This document shows, in pieces, positions 23,620 to 36,100 of a stretch of 64,000 nucleotides of DNA. Within the stretch, counting starts at the first letter, position 1. The number at the start of each line of letters is the position of its first letter. The stretch is from Heptranchias perlo (lineage: Eukaryota), in NCBI RefSeq assembly GCF_035084215.1, contig NC_090353.1, positions 18,166,001 to 18,230,000 of the forward strand, written 5' to 3'. The translations under genes and the position numbers were made by a program. A model generated the notes under the pieces. It was not told the origin of the DNA and did not search any database. It was given only the letters and a program-made list of their open reading frames with translations.

Positions 23620-25550
23620 CTGGACTGGTTGACAGCTAATGTTATTTCTATATTTAAAAGGGGAGACAGAACAAGTCCAGGGAACTATAGACCTGTTAGC
23701 TTAACGTTGATGGTAGGAAAGATAATGGAATCTTTACTCAGAGATGTAATAGAAAGAGAATGAAAATATAATAAAGAATAGTCAGTATGGATTTCAGAAG
23801 GGAAAGTCATGCTTGACCAACCTTATTGAATTATTTGAAGAAGTAACAGAAAGAGTAGAAAAGGGTAATGTAGTAGAAGTAATATATTTGGATTTTCTAA
23901 GGGCCTTCGATAAGGTACCACATTGTAGACTCATGGCTAAGATCAGAGCATGTAGAGTCAGGGGACAGGTAGCAGAGTGGATAGCAAGTTGGTTACAAAA
24001 CAAAAAACAGAGAGTAGGGGTTAAGGGCAGCTACTCAGACTGGCAAAAGGTGGGAAGTGGTGTTCCACGGGGATTGATGCTGAGACCACAGTTGTTCACA
24101 ATTTACAGTAATGATTTGGACTCGGGAATCAGAAGTACGATTTCAAAATTTGTGCACAACACCAAATTGTGGGGTATAGTTAATACAAAGGAAGAATGCG
24201 TCAAAATGTATGAGGGCATTAATAAACTTGCAAAATAGGCATGTAATTGGCAAATTAATTTCAATGTAGGTAAGTGTGAGGTGGTGCATTTTGGTAGGAA
24301 GAATAAGCAAGCCATATACTGCTTGGATGATATGTTTAAACGGGATAGAGGAACAAAGGGATCTATAGGTACAGATGCACAAATCACTAAAAGTAGTGAC
24401 GCAGGTTAATAAGGCCATAAAAAAGGCAAATCAAGCACTAGGGTTCATTTCTAGAGGGATAGAATTGAAAAGCAAAGAATTTATGTTAAACTTGTATCGA
24501 ACCTTGGTTAGACCACACTTGGGAGTATTGTGCTCAGTTCTGGTCTCCATATTGTAAAAAGGATATAGAGGCATTGGCGAGGGTGCAAAAAAGATTCACA
24601 AGGATGATACCAAACTGAGACAATATCCTTATCAGGAAAGGCTGAACAGGCTGGGACTCGTTTCTCTAGAAAAGAGAAGGCTGAGAGGCGTCCTGATAGA
24701 GGTCATTAAGATAATTATAGGGTTTGATAGGGTAGACGAAGAGAAAATGTTTCCACCTTTTTTTTTATTCGTTCATGGGATATGGGCGTCGCTGGCGAGG
24801 CCGGCATTTATTGCCCATCCCTAATTGCCCTTGAGAAGGTGGTGGTGAGCCGCCTTCTTGAACCGCTGCAGTCCATGTGGTGAAGGTTCTCCCATAGTGC
24901 TGTTAGGGAGTTCCAGGATTTTGACCCAGCGACGATGAAGGAACGGCAATATATTTCCAAGTCGGGTTGGTGTGTGACTTGGAGGGGAACATGCAGGTGG
25001 TGGTGTTACCATGTGCTTGTTGCCCTTGTCCTTCTAGGTGGTAGAGGTCGCGGGTTTGGGAGGTGCTGTCGAAGGAGCCTTGGCGAGTTGCTGCAGTGCA
25101 TCCTGTGGATGGTACACACCGCAGCCACAGTGCGCCGATGGTGAAGGAAGTGAATGTTTAGAGTGGTGGATGGGGTGCCAATCAAGCGGGCTGCTTTGTC
25201 CTGGATGGTGTCAATCTTCTTGAGTGTTGTTGGGTGGAATACTTGTGAGGGAGTCCAAAACTAGAGGTTATAAATATAAAATAGTCACTAATAAATCCAA
25301 TAGGGAATTCAGGAGAAACTTCTTTACCCAAAGTGGTAAGAATGTGGAACACGCTACCACAAGGAGTAGTTGAGGCAAATAGCATAGATGCATTTAAGGG
25401 GAAGCTAGATAAACACATGAGGGAAAAAGGAATGAAAGGGTATCCTGATAGGGTTAGATGAAGTAGGGAGGGAGGAACTCGTGCGGAGCATGAATGCCGG
25501 CGTAGACCAGTTGGGCCGAATGGCCTGTTTCTATGCTGTAGTTTCGATGT
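23620..25550 (+). mobile_element. CR1 LINE about 1.4 kb (decayed RT), interrupted at 24758-25239
   Basis: Motifs PGNYRPVSL, YLDF..AFDKVPH, GVP.G and LYRTLVRPHL; the 3' tail gggccgaatggcctgtttct follows the insert. Confidence 0.88.
24758..25233 (-). mobile_element. 3' end of the 467-1398 LINE family, nested in the CR1
   Basis: Near-identical to 467-945, including the poly(T) end. Confidence 0.9.
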
Positions 25551-27259
25551 AAGCACGGTTTAACATCTTATCCAAAAGGACAGTACCTTCGCAATGGAGC
25601 ACTCCCTCAGTACTGCACTGAAGTGTTAGCCTAGATTATGTTTGAGGCCCCCACTGCAAGATTGGTTTGCCCTGAGGCTGCTGGTGCCAGCTCAGGAAAA
25701 TCAGGCCTACATGTGGCCTAACAAGCGGTCCATTAAGGGACCACACCCCACCCGCCGATTGCCACTGCGCCCCCTGCCACCGATCGGCACTTCTACCTTC
25801 CGACCTGGTCACCCCCACTTTCCCGATCGACCCTCTTCCTCACTTACCTGAGGGCCGCTGTGGCACCAGCAGTGACCCGATCTTTAATCGTGCTTTGCCT
25901 GCCATGGGTAGCTCGGTGAAGCCTGATACCCAATATTGGGGGTGTCTTGGGCCACACTATTCAGGTGCAGGGATCGATACTGCACCCCTCCACGTGCCCA
26001 AAGATGGGCACGCCCGAATTTCTAGGCCATTGCGCCTAGAAATGATAATATTATACTGAGGTCCAGGAGACCAGAAATCCTACAGGCATCTCGACAATGC
26101 ACTGTGCAAAGGGAAGGCTAGAGATCTAGTCTTCTGGCCAAGTATGTTGCACAGTTTATATAAGATACAGCACCCTATGGTTATGGCATGGCACTAGACT
26201 ACCAACACAGAGGTAGTGAGTTCATAACTCAACATATTAAGTTATGAAATTGAATTCAATAACCCTGGTAATTTGCAGACTGGTAAAAGAAAGAACTTAC
26301 ATTTATATAGCACCTTTCATGACCTCGAGATGTTAAAAATTACTTGCCAGCCAATGAAGTACTCTTGAAGTGCATTCACTATTGTAAACTTGTAAAAGTT
26401 TTCCCACAAATGTACCTCCAGGTCAGAGGCCAGCGGTTGGAATTCCTACACTAATGTTGCCGGCAGGTGACACGCAAACCCCACAAACGAGAACTGTCAC
26501 CGTGCAGCACCAGACTGTGGAGATGAGACTCCAGCGACAGTGATGGAGACACCCAAAAACAAGCAAATTGTTAAGCCTGGATCTAGAAAGATTAGACAGG
26601 GCAAGATATTTTGAATATGGAATAACACTAAACCCAAACATTTGGATGTTCATGTTACAAACCGATTAATATGGTTACATCTCAAGTCAGGAAGAGCTAA
26701 CTCATATATTTTGGTATAGATTGTGGAGTCTCTTTACCGTCTTACAATGATCATTTTATGTACTTACAGCAATATATTTTGGAGGTGCTACTGGAGTTGT
26801 TTACAGTTTAAGCATTTCAACAAGTTCTATGTTTAACAGGAAGAGTGCTGAAAGAAATGCAGACACAGTCGAGTAATTGAGCTTAGCTGATATGAATCTA
26901 TTCAAACTCAAGTTAAGGAGGGAGATGCAATGGATTTTTCAATATGAACCTGTGTCTCTGATCCATAAGTTACCCTTGTAATAAAACCAGGGTCTTTCTC
27001 TGTTGACTGCTGGCTAAAACTGGTGAGCCATGTAGATCTCTGAACATGATAGGATGTACCAGGGGGCTGTCAACACCTATGGAATCATTGCTGCAGTACA
27101 GACCACTGCCTCAGGAGAAAACTGGAAAATGTATAACATCTGGCAAAGAGCTGGTACAGACACAACGGGTCAAATGATCTCCTGCTGTGCTGTAAACTTC
27201 TGTGCTTTTTCCATCCTTCGCCCTGTGTTTTCTACCCGACTTTAATTTATTTTTAAAAC

Positions 27260-27460
27260 CAAAACCCAGAAAATGCTGGTAACACTCAGCCGGTCAGTCA
27301 GTTTCTATGGAGAAGACAGTCAAGTTTACATTTTGTGCGTGGACCCTTATCAGAACTTCTTCACAACGTGAACCTGTCTGTTCTCTCCACAGATGCTGAA
27401 TATTTCCAAAATTTTCTGGTTTTGTTTTGGGTTTCCAGCATCTGCAGGATTTTTTTGCAT
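27260..27460. mobile_element. Penelope-like terminal repeats in inverted arrangement
   Basis: cagaaaatgctgg...tggagaaga followed by its reverse complement tctccacagatgctg...ttttctgg; matches 10905-10968. Confidence 0.6.
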
Positions 27461-28216
27461 TTGAATTGATTTTTATTTTGTTATTTCTTCCTGATGTGTT
27501 TTAACACAATCTAGCTCCAGAGATATTTGAGATTATCATAGAATCATAGAAAGATACAACACAGAAGGAGGCCATTCGGCTCATCATGCCTGTGCCGGCT
27601 CTTTGAAAGAGCTATCCAATTAGTCCCACTCCCCTGCCCTTTCCCCATAGCCCTGCAAATTTTTACTGGCTGGGAGCTTCCTGGGATCTGCTCCCACTCC
27701 TCCACCTTAACTTCGCTGGGACTGCAGCGGGAATCCCGTCCGCACGTGTGCCTGAGGTTTCCGGTGAAGTTATGGCGTGGGAACAGGGAGTGGCTCCGAG
27801 GAAGTCCCCTGGCCTATATGTCCGCAGGGTGCTCTGAAACAGATGGCAGTAAAATGAGGCTGGCTGTTGGAGGAGTGTGTCCGCTGGGCATGTGTGGTGA
27901 TCACCGACTGGCACCCTGCCCCACCCCTCCATCGATTCCTGCAGGGGACCATTCGAGGTGCACTGTGCCCTTAACAGTCTCGGGAAGTGTATGTTTGTCT
28001 TTCTCATGCTGTGGTTGTTTTGTTCTGACAGGTCAGATGCTGCACCAAAACACTGTCCTCGGAGGAAAGCGCCACTGATTGTGGCAAATACGCTGGGGAC
28101 TGTAGGACAACCTGGCATCGTTGTTCTGCAGTGCCCTCTGCTGTTCTGAGGCAATAACTGCCATGTTATATTGAAATGCCAGGACTGCCCTGCAGCCCCC
28201 TCTGCTGATCCTGGAC

Positions 28217-28221
<5 letters not shown>

Positions 28222-28253
<32 letters not shown>
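28222..28253. repeat. (TA)n microsatellite
   Basis: Perfect TA run. Confidence 0.95.
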
Positions 28254-28256
<3 letters not shown>

Positions 28257-28469
28257 TGACCCCACAGGCTGCAGTCAGCAAAGCTGCCACGAGGAAGGAC
28301 TGATGTCTCAAAATATTGGGGGCACAGGGAAGTTGACTTTGAGCTTTTTTTTGTTCTGGTCCCACCAGGAGAGGGACCTCCATGTGCTGTCCTCCCTTGT
28401 TTACACTGCTGCTTTGTTCTGATCTTCATGTCGTGTAGGCCCATCGGAAACAGGTTCAGGAGTAACAAT

Positions 28470-28641
28470 GGGGTTAAAATTGGTTTATGCCAGTTGTATG
28501 ACACAGACCCATGGCGAATCAGCCATCTGTTTTACACCACGCCCGACATCAATGCAAATGAAAATCAGGCGTGGTGTAAAACGGGCCGCTGATTCATCAC
28601 GAGACTGTTTCGCACCACCGGTGTGAACCAATTTCACCCCC
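28470..28641. mobile_element. Palindromic MITE (Harbinger/Tourist-like)
   Basis: Ends ggggttaaaattgg and ccaatttcacccc, internal inverted repeats, and AAT on both flanks (28467-28469, 28642-28644). Confidence 0.7.
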
Positions 28642-28825
28642 AATGAGTCTCCGCTGTCATAAGATCAAGAAAGGTCAAGCTATTTATATTTCCAAGTGCA
28701 GCCAATGATAAAAAGATTGTGAGAGTAGGTCAAAGAAACGCAGGTTCAAACTAATAAAAAGCAAATTTAGAACTGAGATCAGGAAATTCTTCTTCACACC
28801 AAGGGTGCGGAAGAGAATGGCCAGG

Positions 28826-28950
28826 AATTTTCTTGGAGCTGTTCCTGCTCTGCGGCTGTAACTTCACCAGAAATGCGGAGAAAATCCCATTTACCAGTGT
28901 AAATCTGGCAAAGTTACGGCAGTGGAGTGAGAACAGCTCCGAGGAAATTC
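28826..28950. mobile_element. Palindromic MITE (taactt...aagtta family)
   Basis: gaattttcttggagctgttc...gaacagctccgaggaaattc hairpin; relatives at about 27665-27815, 36301-36689 and 44017-44133. Confidence 0.6.
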
Positions 28951-29739
28951 CCAGCCAATGTGCGACAACATGGTACATCTGAACAACTATAAATGCATAT
29001 CTTTCTTATTGTAATCTTAAGCAACATCTTTGAGTAGGCAGAATTTCAGATGGCAACATGGGTCTGGGAGAGTTTTCTGTGGGCAGGAGAAATAAGGGGG
29101 AATTTCTGCCTTCATTGTGCCTGGGGATAACTCAGTTCCCAGGTGCAGTGAAGAGGAAATGGGGGGGGCGGGTGGGCAGAGACCCATCGCATCAAAGTCT
29201 CTGCATCCCACAGTGCTGCCCTAGGATTCCCTGACATGCGGGCCTGTACCCGGGGTAGGCGCAGGACCAGTGTAGGTGTTGTAATGAGGCAGAAGAGGGT
29301 GAATCAGCCAATCTGTGTCCTTTTCCTAAAACAACCAAAATGGGCAGCTGAAGAAACCTGGCAGTGAGGCCTCCACAGACTAGAGGGTCCTAGGGCTAGC
29401 CACAAGACAAAACGTCTGCTTTAGGTTATTGTGTGGTTAGTAAATCCTTTTGGGAGGACAATTTGGGTTAATCAGAAACAGCACAACAATGTCTATTGGT
29501 CTGGAGAGGAACCAGCAAATGGAGTCTCAGTCTGCACACTGGATCTGCGGTGCATGTGCAGCAGACACTAACTGATAAGAGCAAGTCCTTGATTTTTGTC
29601 GCTGGATTTTGTGTCCCCATCCTCCTGCTGTTTTTGCCACCTGCTCTCTCACCCCGTAGTCTGATCTCTGCTAAGCTGCTGGGGGAATTCTTTCAAGTTT
29701 CCCAGTTTCAAAGTGGTCACTGCAGGCTCTCGACTTAAT

Positions 29740-30042
29740 TAAAGAGTGTGTTTAAACAGTAATCTCAGACAAAAACAACCAGTAAACACAGTGAGAGCCA
29801 ATACTGCCAGCCACGGGGCCGATCAGACCCACACTTCCACCTATTTGCAGAGAGTCCCTTTGAAGTTCCCGTCTGGAACCAGTTACTAGTGCTGTTTCCA
29901 CAGCAGTTTGGTGCCTCGTGAAGAACGGGGGCTGCGGACGTAGCCAGCAGTGTACACCCCACCCCCTCTGTGTCCCCACTACATAAATAGCACTTGCGAA
30001 TCTCCCCGGCCAGTGCCAGGGCTGAGAGGTCCCAGTAGGAAG
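29740..30042 (+). promoter_or_regulatory. Putative pinhead proximal promoter
   Basis: Repeat-free; CATAAAT (TATA-like) at 29982-29988, TCF-like CTTTGAA at 29857-29863, Fox-like GTAAACA near 29782. These are motif matches only. Confidence 0.35.
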
Positions 30043-30112
30043 ATGCCTCGGCTGGCTAAGAGAGTCCTGTGTCTGTTTGCTGCCCTCGTCCTCCACTCCA
30101 GTGGTCCGGCAG
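30043..30112 (+). CDS. pnhd: pinhead exon 1 (signal peptide)
   Basis: Encodes MPRLAKRVLCLFAALVLHSSGPA; donor G|GTAATT. Confidence 0.8.
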
Positions 30113-33100
30113 GTAATTACATTACTGCAGCTTCCAGCTCTGGCTTTGCTGTTGACATCTTACCAGATGTCTATAAAGTTTGGAGTTAAAAAGAAAACTA
30201 GTTATGTTAAGAGATACACAGAAATGAGACTGGAATGGGTGAGGTTACATGATGTAAGTCAGGCAGCATCTGTGGAGAGCATCTTTCGGAAAGGTCATCA
30301 ACCTGAAACGTTAACTGTTTCTTTCTCCACAGATGCTGCAGTATTTTGCTTTTCATTACATGATGTAAATCAGTTGGAGCTGATGCATGTTGTCTGAATC
30401 ATAGAAATTTATGGCACAGAAGGAGGCCATTCGGCCCATCGTGTCTGTGCTGGTTTGGGTGCTGACTGCACCATATGGTGCTCAGACTCACCATCAGGAG
30501 ACCTGGAACATGCCTTGAATGAAGCTCAGTGCTTTTATTAGAATATAAAGGATGCTTCTTCAGTTCTCTGTCTTACAGGTTTGAAAGCTAAAATCATTTT
30601 GAGTAGTTTTTAAAAACATTTTTAATATTAATTATTATTAATTTATGATTATTATTCCTTCTGTGTAGGTGCCGGAGTGTTGACTGATCCCTGGGACATC
30701 GTGTTCAAAGAGAGGCGCTGCTGCAGGAGACAGCCTCATTATATCTTCGTAGGAAAAGGTTAGAGAAGATCCCATAGGGCCTTCCAGTCGTAGCCTCTGT
30801 CCCTCTTCCTCTTATAATCTATTTCTGTGTGTACACTGGCTCTGTTCAATCCTTCTGTCCCGTGTTTCCAAACTCCCTCTTCCTAAGGTTACATCTACAC
30901 TTGCATGGAGTGTAAAGCCAATGAGATCTCAAACCTGATCTACAAAACGCTTATAGTCTAATGGACACCCTGGAAACTTTGTGAACCCATCTAACCTCAA
31001 TTTAACTGTTTAGATAGTGGTGACTTTTCCCCAAACATTGAAATGTTTTAGCTGATAAGGTGAGAGGCCTATCTCTGTACACCTCCCTTCTGGGCACAGA
31101 AAGCAAAAAACTGCAGATTCTGGAAGTCTGAAAGCAGAACAGAAAATGCTGTAAACACTCAGCAGGTCAGACAGCTTCTCTGGGGAGAACAAAGGAGTTA
31201 ACATTTCAGGGCTGGACCCTCCTGAGCAGGACTGTTATAGGTCTGGCAAGGCAGGAGTCAGGCAATAGAACCCAAACTGTCACTATCTGTGTCAGACTAG
31301 TAGCTGCAGTGTAAATGCACCTTAATTTACATTGACTTTTTCCATCTATAGTCTCTCTCCCTCTTCTCCGAGTCTCTCTCTCTCACCCTCTTTCTCTCTC
31401 CACCTCCCCCGCAACTTCCCTCTTATTAATTTTTTTGGTGGGTGGGAAGAGTCTCATTCTATGCAAGTCTTTTACTTCTTCCCCATATATTTCTTACATA
31501 GAATTACATACAAAATAACAGCACAGGAACAGGCCATTCGGCCCAACTGGTCTATGCCGGTGTTTATGTTCTGCGTTAGCCTCCTCCTGCCCTACTTCAT
31601 CTCACCCTATCAGCGTATCCTTCTTTTGGATTAATTACACACTCTGGCTTGGAGTTTCCGCTTCGGGCACAATCGACATTTAGGTGCACATTGTGCCCGA
31701 AAATTGAGCTGGCGCATTTTACGCCGAGCTTCCGCTAAAATACATTAACATAATCACAAACGTAAAATCTGCCATGAATCAGCACAATTCGCAGCTTAAC
31801 AGAGCGTGATCGTTTTTTTTTGCAATCAAAATATTCAGAGATGTATTTAAGAGATGTATTTAAGGGTGGTAACCTGGTACAGTCTTATTAATATAGCTGA
31901 AAATGGGCTTATCACTAAAAGTAAGCATTTTTAATAAAAATGCCCAAAAAGAAAGACCTGCATTTATATAGCGCCTTTCACAACCTCAGGACATCCCAAA
32001 GTGCTTTACAACCACTGAAGTACTTTTTTGCAGTGTAGCCACTGTTGTAATGTTGGAAATGCAGCAGCCACTGATTTTCAGTGTTGTTGGTTGAGGGATA
32101 AATGTTAGCTGGGACCGAGGGAGAATTACCCTGCTCCTCTTCAAAATAGTGCCACGGGATCTTTTACATCCACCTGAGAGAGTAGATGGGGCCTAGGTTT
32201 TAACATCTCAATCAAAAGACGGCACCTCTGACAGTGCAGCATTCCCTCAATACCTGGATTTTAGAGCAGGGCTTCAACCCACAACCTCCTGGCCTCAGAG
32301 GCAAGAATGCTACCCGCTGAGCCACAGCTGACTCCTGAGCCACAGTCCTCTACCTGTGAGTAGCGTGATGTAAAATCACTGAAACTGTCTCAAAAAAATT
32401 ATACTGAAGCATTTACTACTTTCGTTGCTGTACACTAGTCAGTTTCTTAATCAATTAATATTTTTTAATGTTCAAAAACATTTAAAACATGCCTACAAGT
32501 GCCTGTGGGCCTAAGAAAATGAGTTCAATTTTAATGCCCTCCTCGAACAGCCGCAGACAGGCGCAATCGGCGGAAACTCCCTATCCTCACTGTTTCGATC
32601 AGAGGAGCAGCCAGTTTTGTGGGCGGGGCCGACTTCGGAGCAATATTTTTTATAGGCAGCGCAAAACATCATGGAGACTCGATTTACGCTGTCTAAATCG
32701 AAATTCCGCGCTGTTCTGCGCTGATTCGGCCAGATTGCGCTGAAAAAGCCAGCGCAATCTAGTGGAAACTCTGGCCTTCCGTATCCTTCTCTCTGCTATC
32801 AGCCTGTCTTTCACAACATCCTCTTTTCCCAGTCTACAGGTTCACTCTGTTTCTCACATACCTCCCTTCACGTCCTTTAATTTAGGGGTTCTATTTTATC
32901 TGGTGTTTGGAGAGCGGCCTTAGTGTGGTGCTCCTCCCTGTTTATATCAGCTGACTGCTGCTGCCCCCTGTAGGTCATTGGAGATCACCAGAGGGGGTGG
33001 AGGTGGTTAGTTGGCAGCACTTGAGAAACAACAGCTGTGACAGCCCCAAAATGATCAGTTAACTCTACTGAAATGGGCCAAAATCATAAGCTGTTTGGCA

Positions 33101-36100
33101 GCAAGAGACCTGGGAGCTGATTTTACTTGTCTGGTGCAAAACATCTTTAAATGGCTAAGAAATGGCGCTGAATCTGCCTGAGGTAATCTGTTAATCACAA
33201 TTAAATTTTCTGGATCGGGTAATTTGCATCATTAATCACAGATCCATGTGCGGATAAGGTCAAGTGTAAGAAGCACTCCTGTGGTGGGAGTAGAAAAGAG
33301 TGTGTAAGTGAATTATAAAGGGGATCATTTTGACTTTGTGCGATAGTGTAAAACGGGTGATAGCGAATCGGCAGCTTGTTTTACATTTCTCCCGATTTTT
33401 ATTTGTTAACTTCACTATCGTTCAAAATCAAAATGACCCCTCAAAGAGAGGGGCTGTTTAAAGGCAAGTGTTAGAATGGGGTAGGGGAGGGGGAAAATTC
33501 TGCAAACATTTAGACAGTTTCAGAAGGAATCTCAACACATTAGCAGCCTTTCTCATGACTGAAGGGGGCAGGGGATAACGAAGCGACACAAGAATGAAGG
33601 CAAAGGTAGCCCCATCTGCAGGCTTGAGGCTGCAACTGGCTGGTTCTTTTACTGGCTGTGCCAACCCTGTTGTGCATGTTAGTAGCAGATGTCCTCATGG
33701 CAGATGGCACAGCTCTGAGTCTGGCTCTGCTGACCCGGACCCCGTGTAAGACATTTCCCACGGCTATTGTCAAGCGGGCGTGACAATGCTCGCAAATATG
33801 GTTGGTGGCATCTTGGTGGAAGTGGTCAATCAGACTTCACTGGCGAATGATCACCTTTTTGTACCATGCAAAGCAAAACATGCTGTCATTGGGTTGCTTC
33901 TGATGAACCACCCGGCATAATGGATAATCAGGCCTTCACACATCTATATCATCAGACCTGCTGCCAGAACCTACCTTGAGAGTTTGAGCCTCGGTCGAAA
34001 GTCTAATCATCTGCCAAAACAGGATCTGGTCATCTCTGTCAGCAGAAGTGAGTGTATGGACACGAGCAGGGCATCTCTCATTCATCCAACCTGCCGGCCA
34101 ACCCCTCAGGGTCCTTCTCTTCATCCCAGCACCTCACATAGGGGGGATTCCCATTGGGCAACCCATTGAAGGCCGTAATGATGCTGCAGAAAAAAAAAAC
34201 TAAAACAATTGGCACAAAGCTCATGAGAACCTATGCGTCATAAGGAAAAAAATCAACAGGTCATTGAATTGGGTCAGAAATGGCCTCAAAACAGCAAAAG
34301 ATAATTTTTTTGGAGCCCTTTAAAATTAGTTACTGGCACTGCTCAGTTACTGCTGATTGCCCAGTTACAATGGGCTTCAGACATTGCCGAAGAGGAGGAA
34401 GGAGTGGTGAGGGCTCAGAATGTCTCTCCCACATCATTTAAATATTTCATTGAAACTTCCACCTGCTTAAAGCAGGAGTTTCCAGTGCCCTGGTCCCAGC
34501 TCTCTGGAAACACGGGCCGCGTGCGGCTGGGATAGAAGCCCGCCGTTACGAGGCTCTGCCCGTTTTTCTTCATCAGAATGTCCCAGAAGCAGGTGCTCAT
34601 GGGGCACTCTGATGAGGAAAATCACCCACTGCCCCTGATGTTTATTCTGAATCAGGAAGGCATCTAAAGTTGTGGATATTTGGAGCACAGCTTAAAAACG
34701 GGGCGGTAGTGGCTTGAAAATAAAGCGGCTGCTAGTCCCGTCCACTTCCCGTTGCTTTTACGTATGGTCTGATTTTTGGGCAGTGATGAATCCTGGCAGC
34801 CAGAGCTCCCTCTGGAACAGAAGGGAGCCTCATGAATATATGCAAATAGGGGTCAAGTGATGTCATTTAGACCCTGACGCCATCTTCTGCCCTCACTGCC
34901 TGACTATTTCCAGCTCTTGTTTCCATCTACCTACCATGGGGAATACAAGTCAGGAGGCGGCCATTTGGAGCAATGGCTAAATAAATTCTCAATTGCCCTC
35001 ACATAAAGCTGTCTAGAGCTTAGAGAGGCAATTTTCTCATAATAGGTTGTGGTTTTTTTTCATCTTAAAGGATTTGAAAGTGCTTGTGGTTGCTGCTTTC
35101 GGTTCTGGACTCACGTTGCCTACTGCTGCAGTGTTGCTTCTCCCCAAGTGGCAACGCAAAATACCGCATGGGCCAACCCCAACAACTCCAGGAAGGCGCC
35201 ACTCTCACCCTGACCACTGCCCACCTGTTTACCGCTCAGGCACAAAATTCACCCCCTCTGTCTCTGAACCAATCTCTCTCTGACTCTACTTCTCTTACCC
35301 AATATCTCTCTCCCATCCAGTCTCTGTATGACCCATTCTCTCTCGCTCTTACACTATCTCTCACCCATTCTCACGCTCTCTCTTTCTCTCTCACCCCGTC
35401 TCTCTCTCTCTCTCTCTCTCTCACCCGGTCTCACTCTCTCACCCGGTCGCTCTCTCTCACCTGGTCTCTCTCTCTCACCCAGTATCACTCTCTCTCTCTC
35501 ACCTGGTCTCTCTCTCTCTCACCCGGTCTCTCTCTCTCTCACCTGGTCTCTCTCTCTCTCTCACCCTCACCTGGTCTCCCTCTCTCTCACCCGGTCTCTC
35601 TCTCTCTCACCCGATCTCACTCTCTCACCCGGTCGCTCTCTCTCACCCGGTCTCTCTCTCTCACCCAGTATCACTCTCTCTCTCTCACCCGGTCTCTCTC
35701 TCTCTCACCCGGTCTCTCTCTCTCTCACCCGGTCTCTCTCTCTCTCACCTGGTCTCTCTCTCACACCCGGTCTCTCTCTGTCTCTCTCTCACCTGGTCTT
35801 TCTCTCTCTTATCCGCTCTCTCTCTCTCTCTCTCTCTCTCACCCGGTCTCTCTATCTAAGACAGACCTACACTTCTACCTCATTTATCTTTTCACTCATA
35901 TTTCTTCCTTGATTGCTCCTTAGTTTTTTTTAATTCTTTAGGTTACTTTGCTGTGATGCTTTTAATATGCTCAGTTGAAACGATTTTTTAAAATTATGCG
36001 ATTTCTATTTCAAATGTATTGTAAATATAGGCCACCCTGCTCCTTCCTGATTATACCATTTTGTCCTGGCAGATATCTCTAGCAGCCCTGTCAGTATGGA

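Noticed and set aside
34415-34688. Minus-strand ORFs in pinhead intron 2
   Set aside because: They are short, have no recognisable domain and have no convincing splice partners.
35084-35923. Ser/Leu-rich ORFs with a signal-peptide-like start
   Set aside because: They come from a CT-rich simple repeat.
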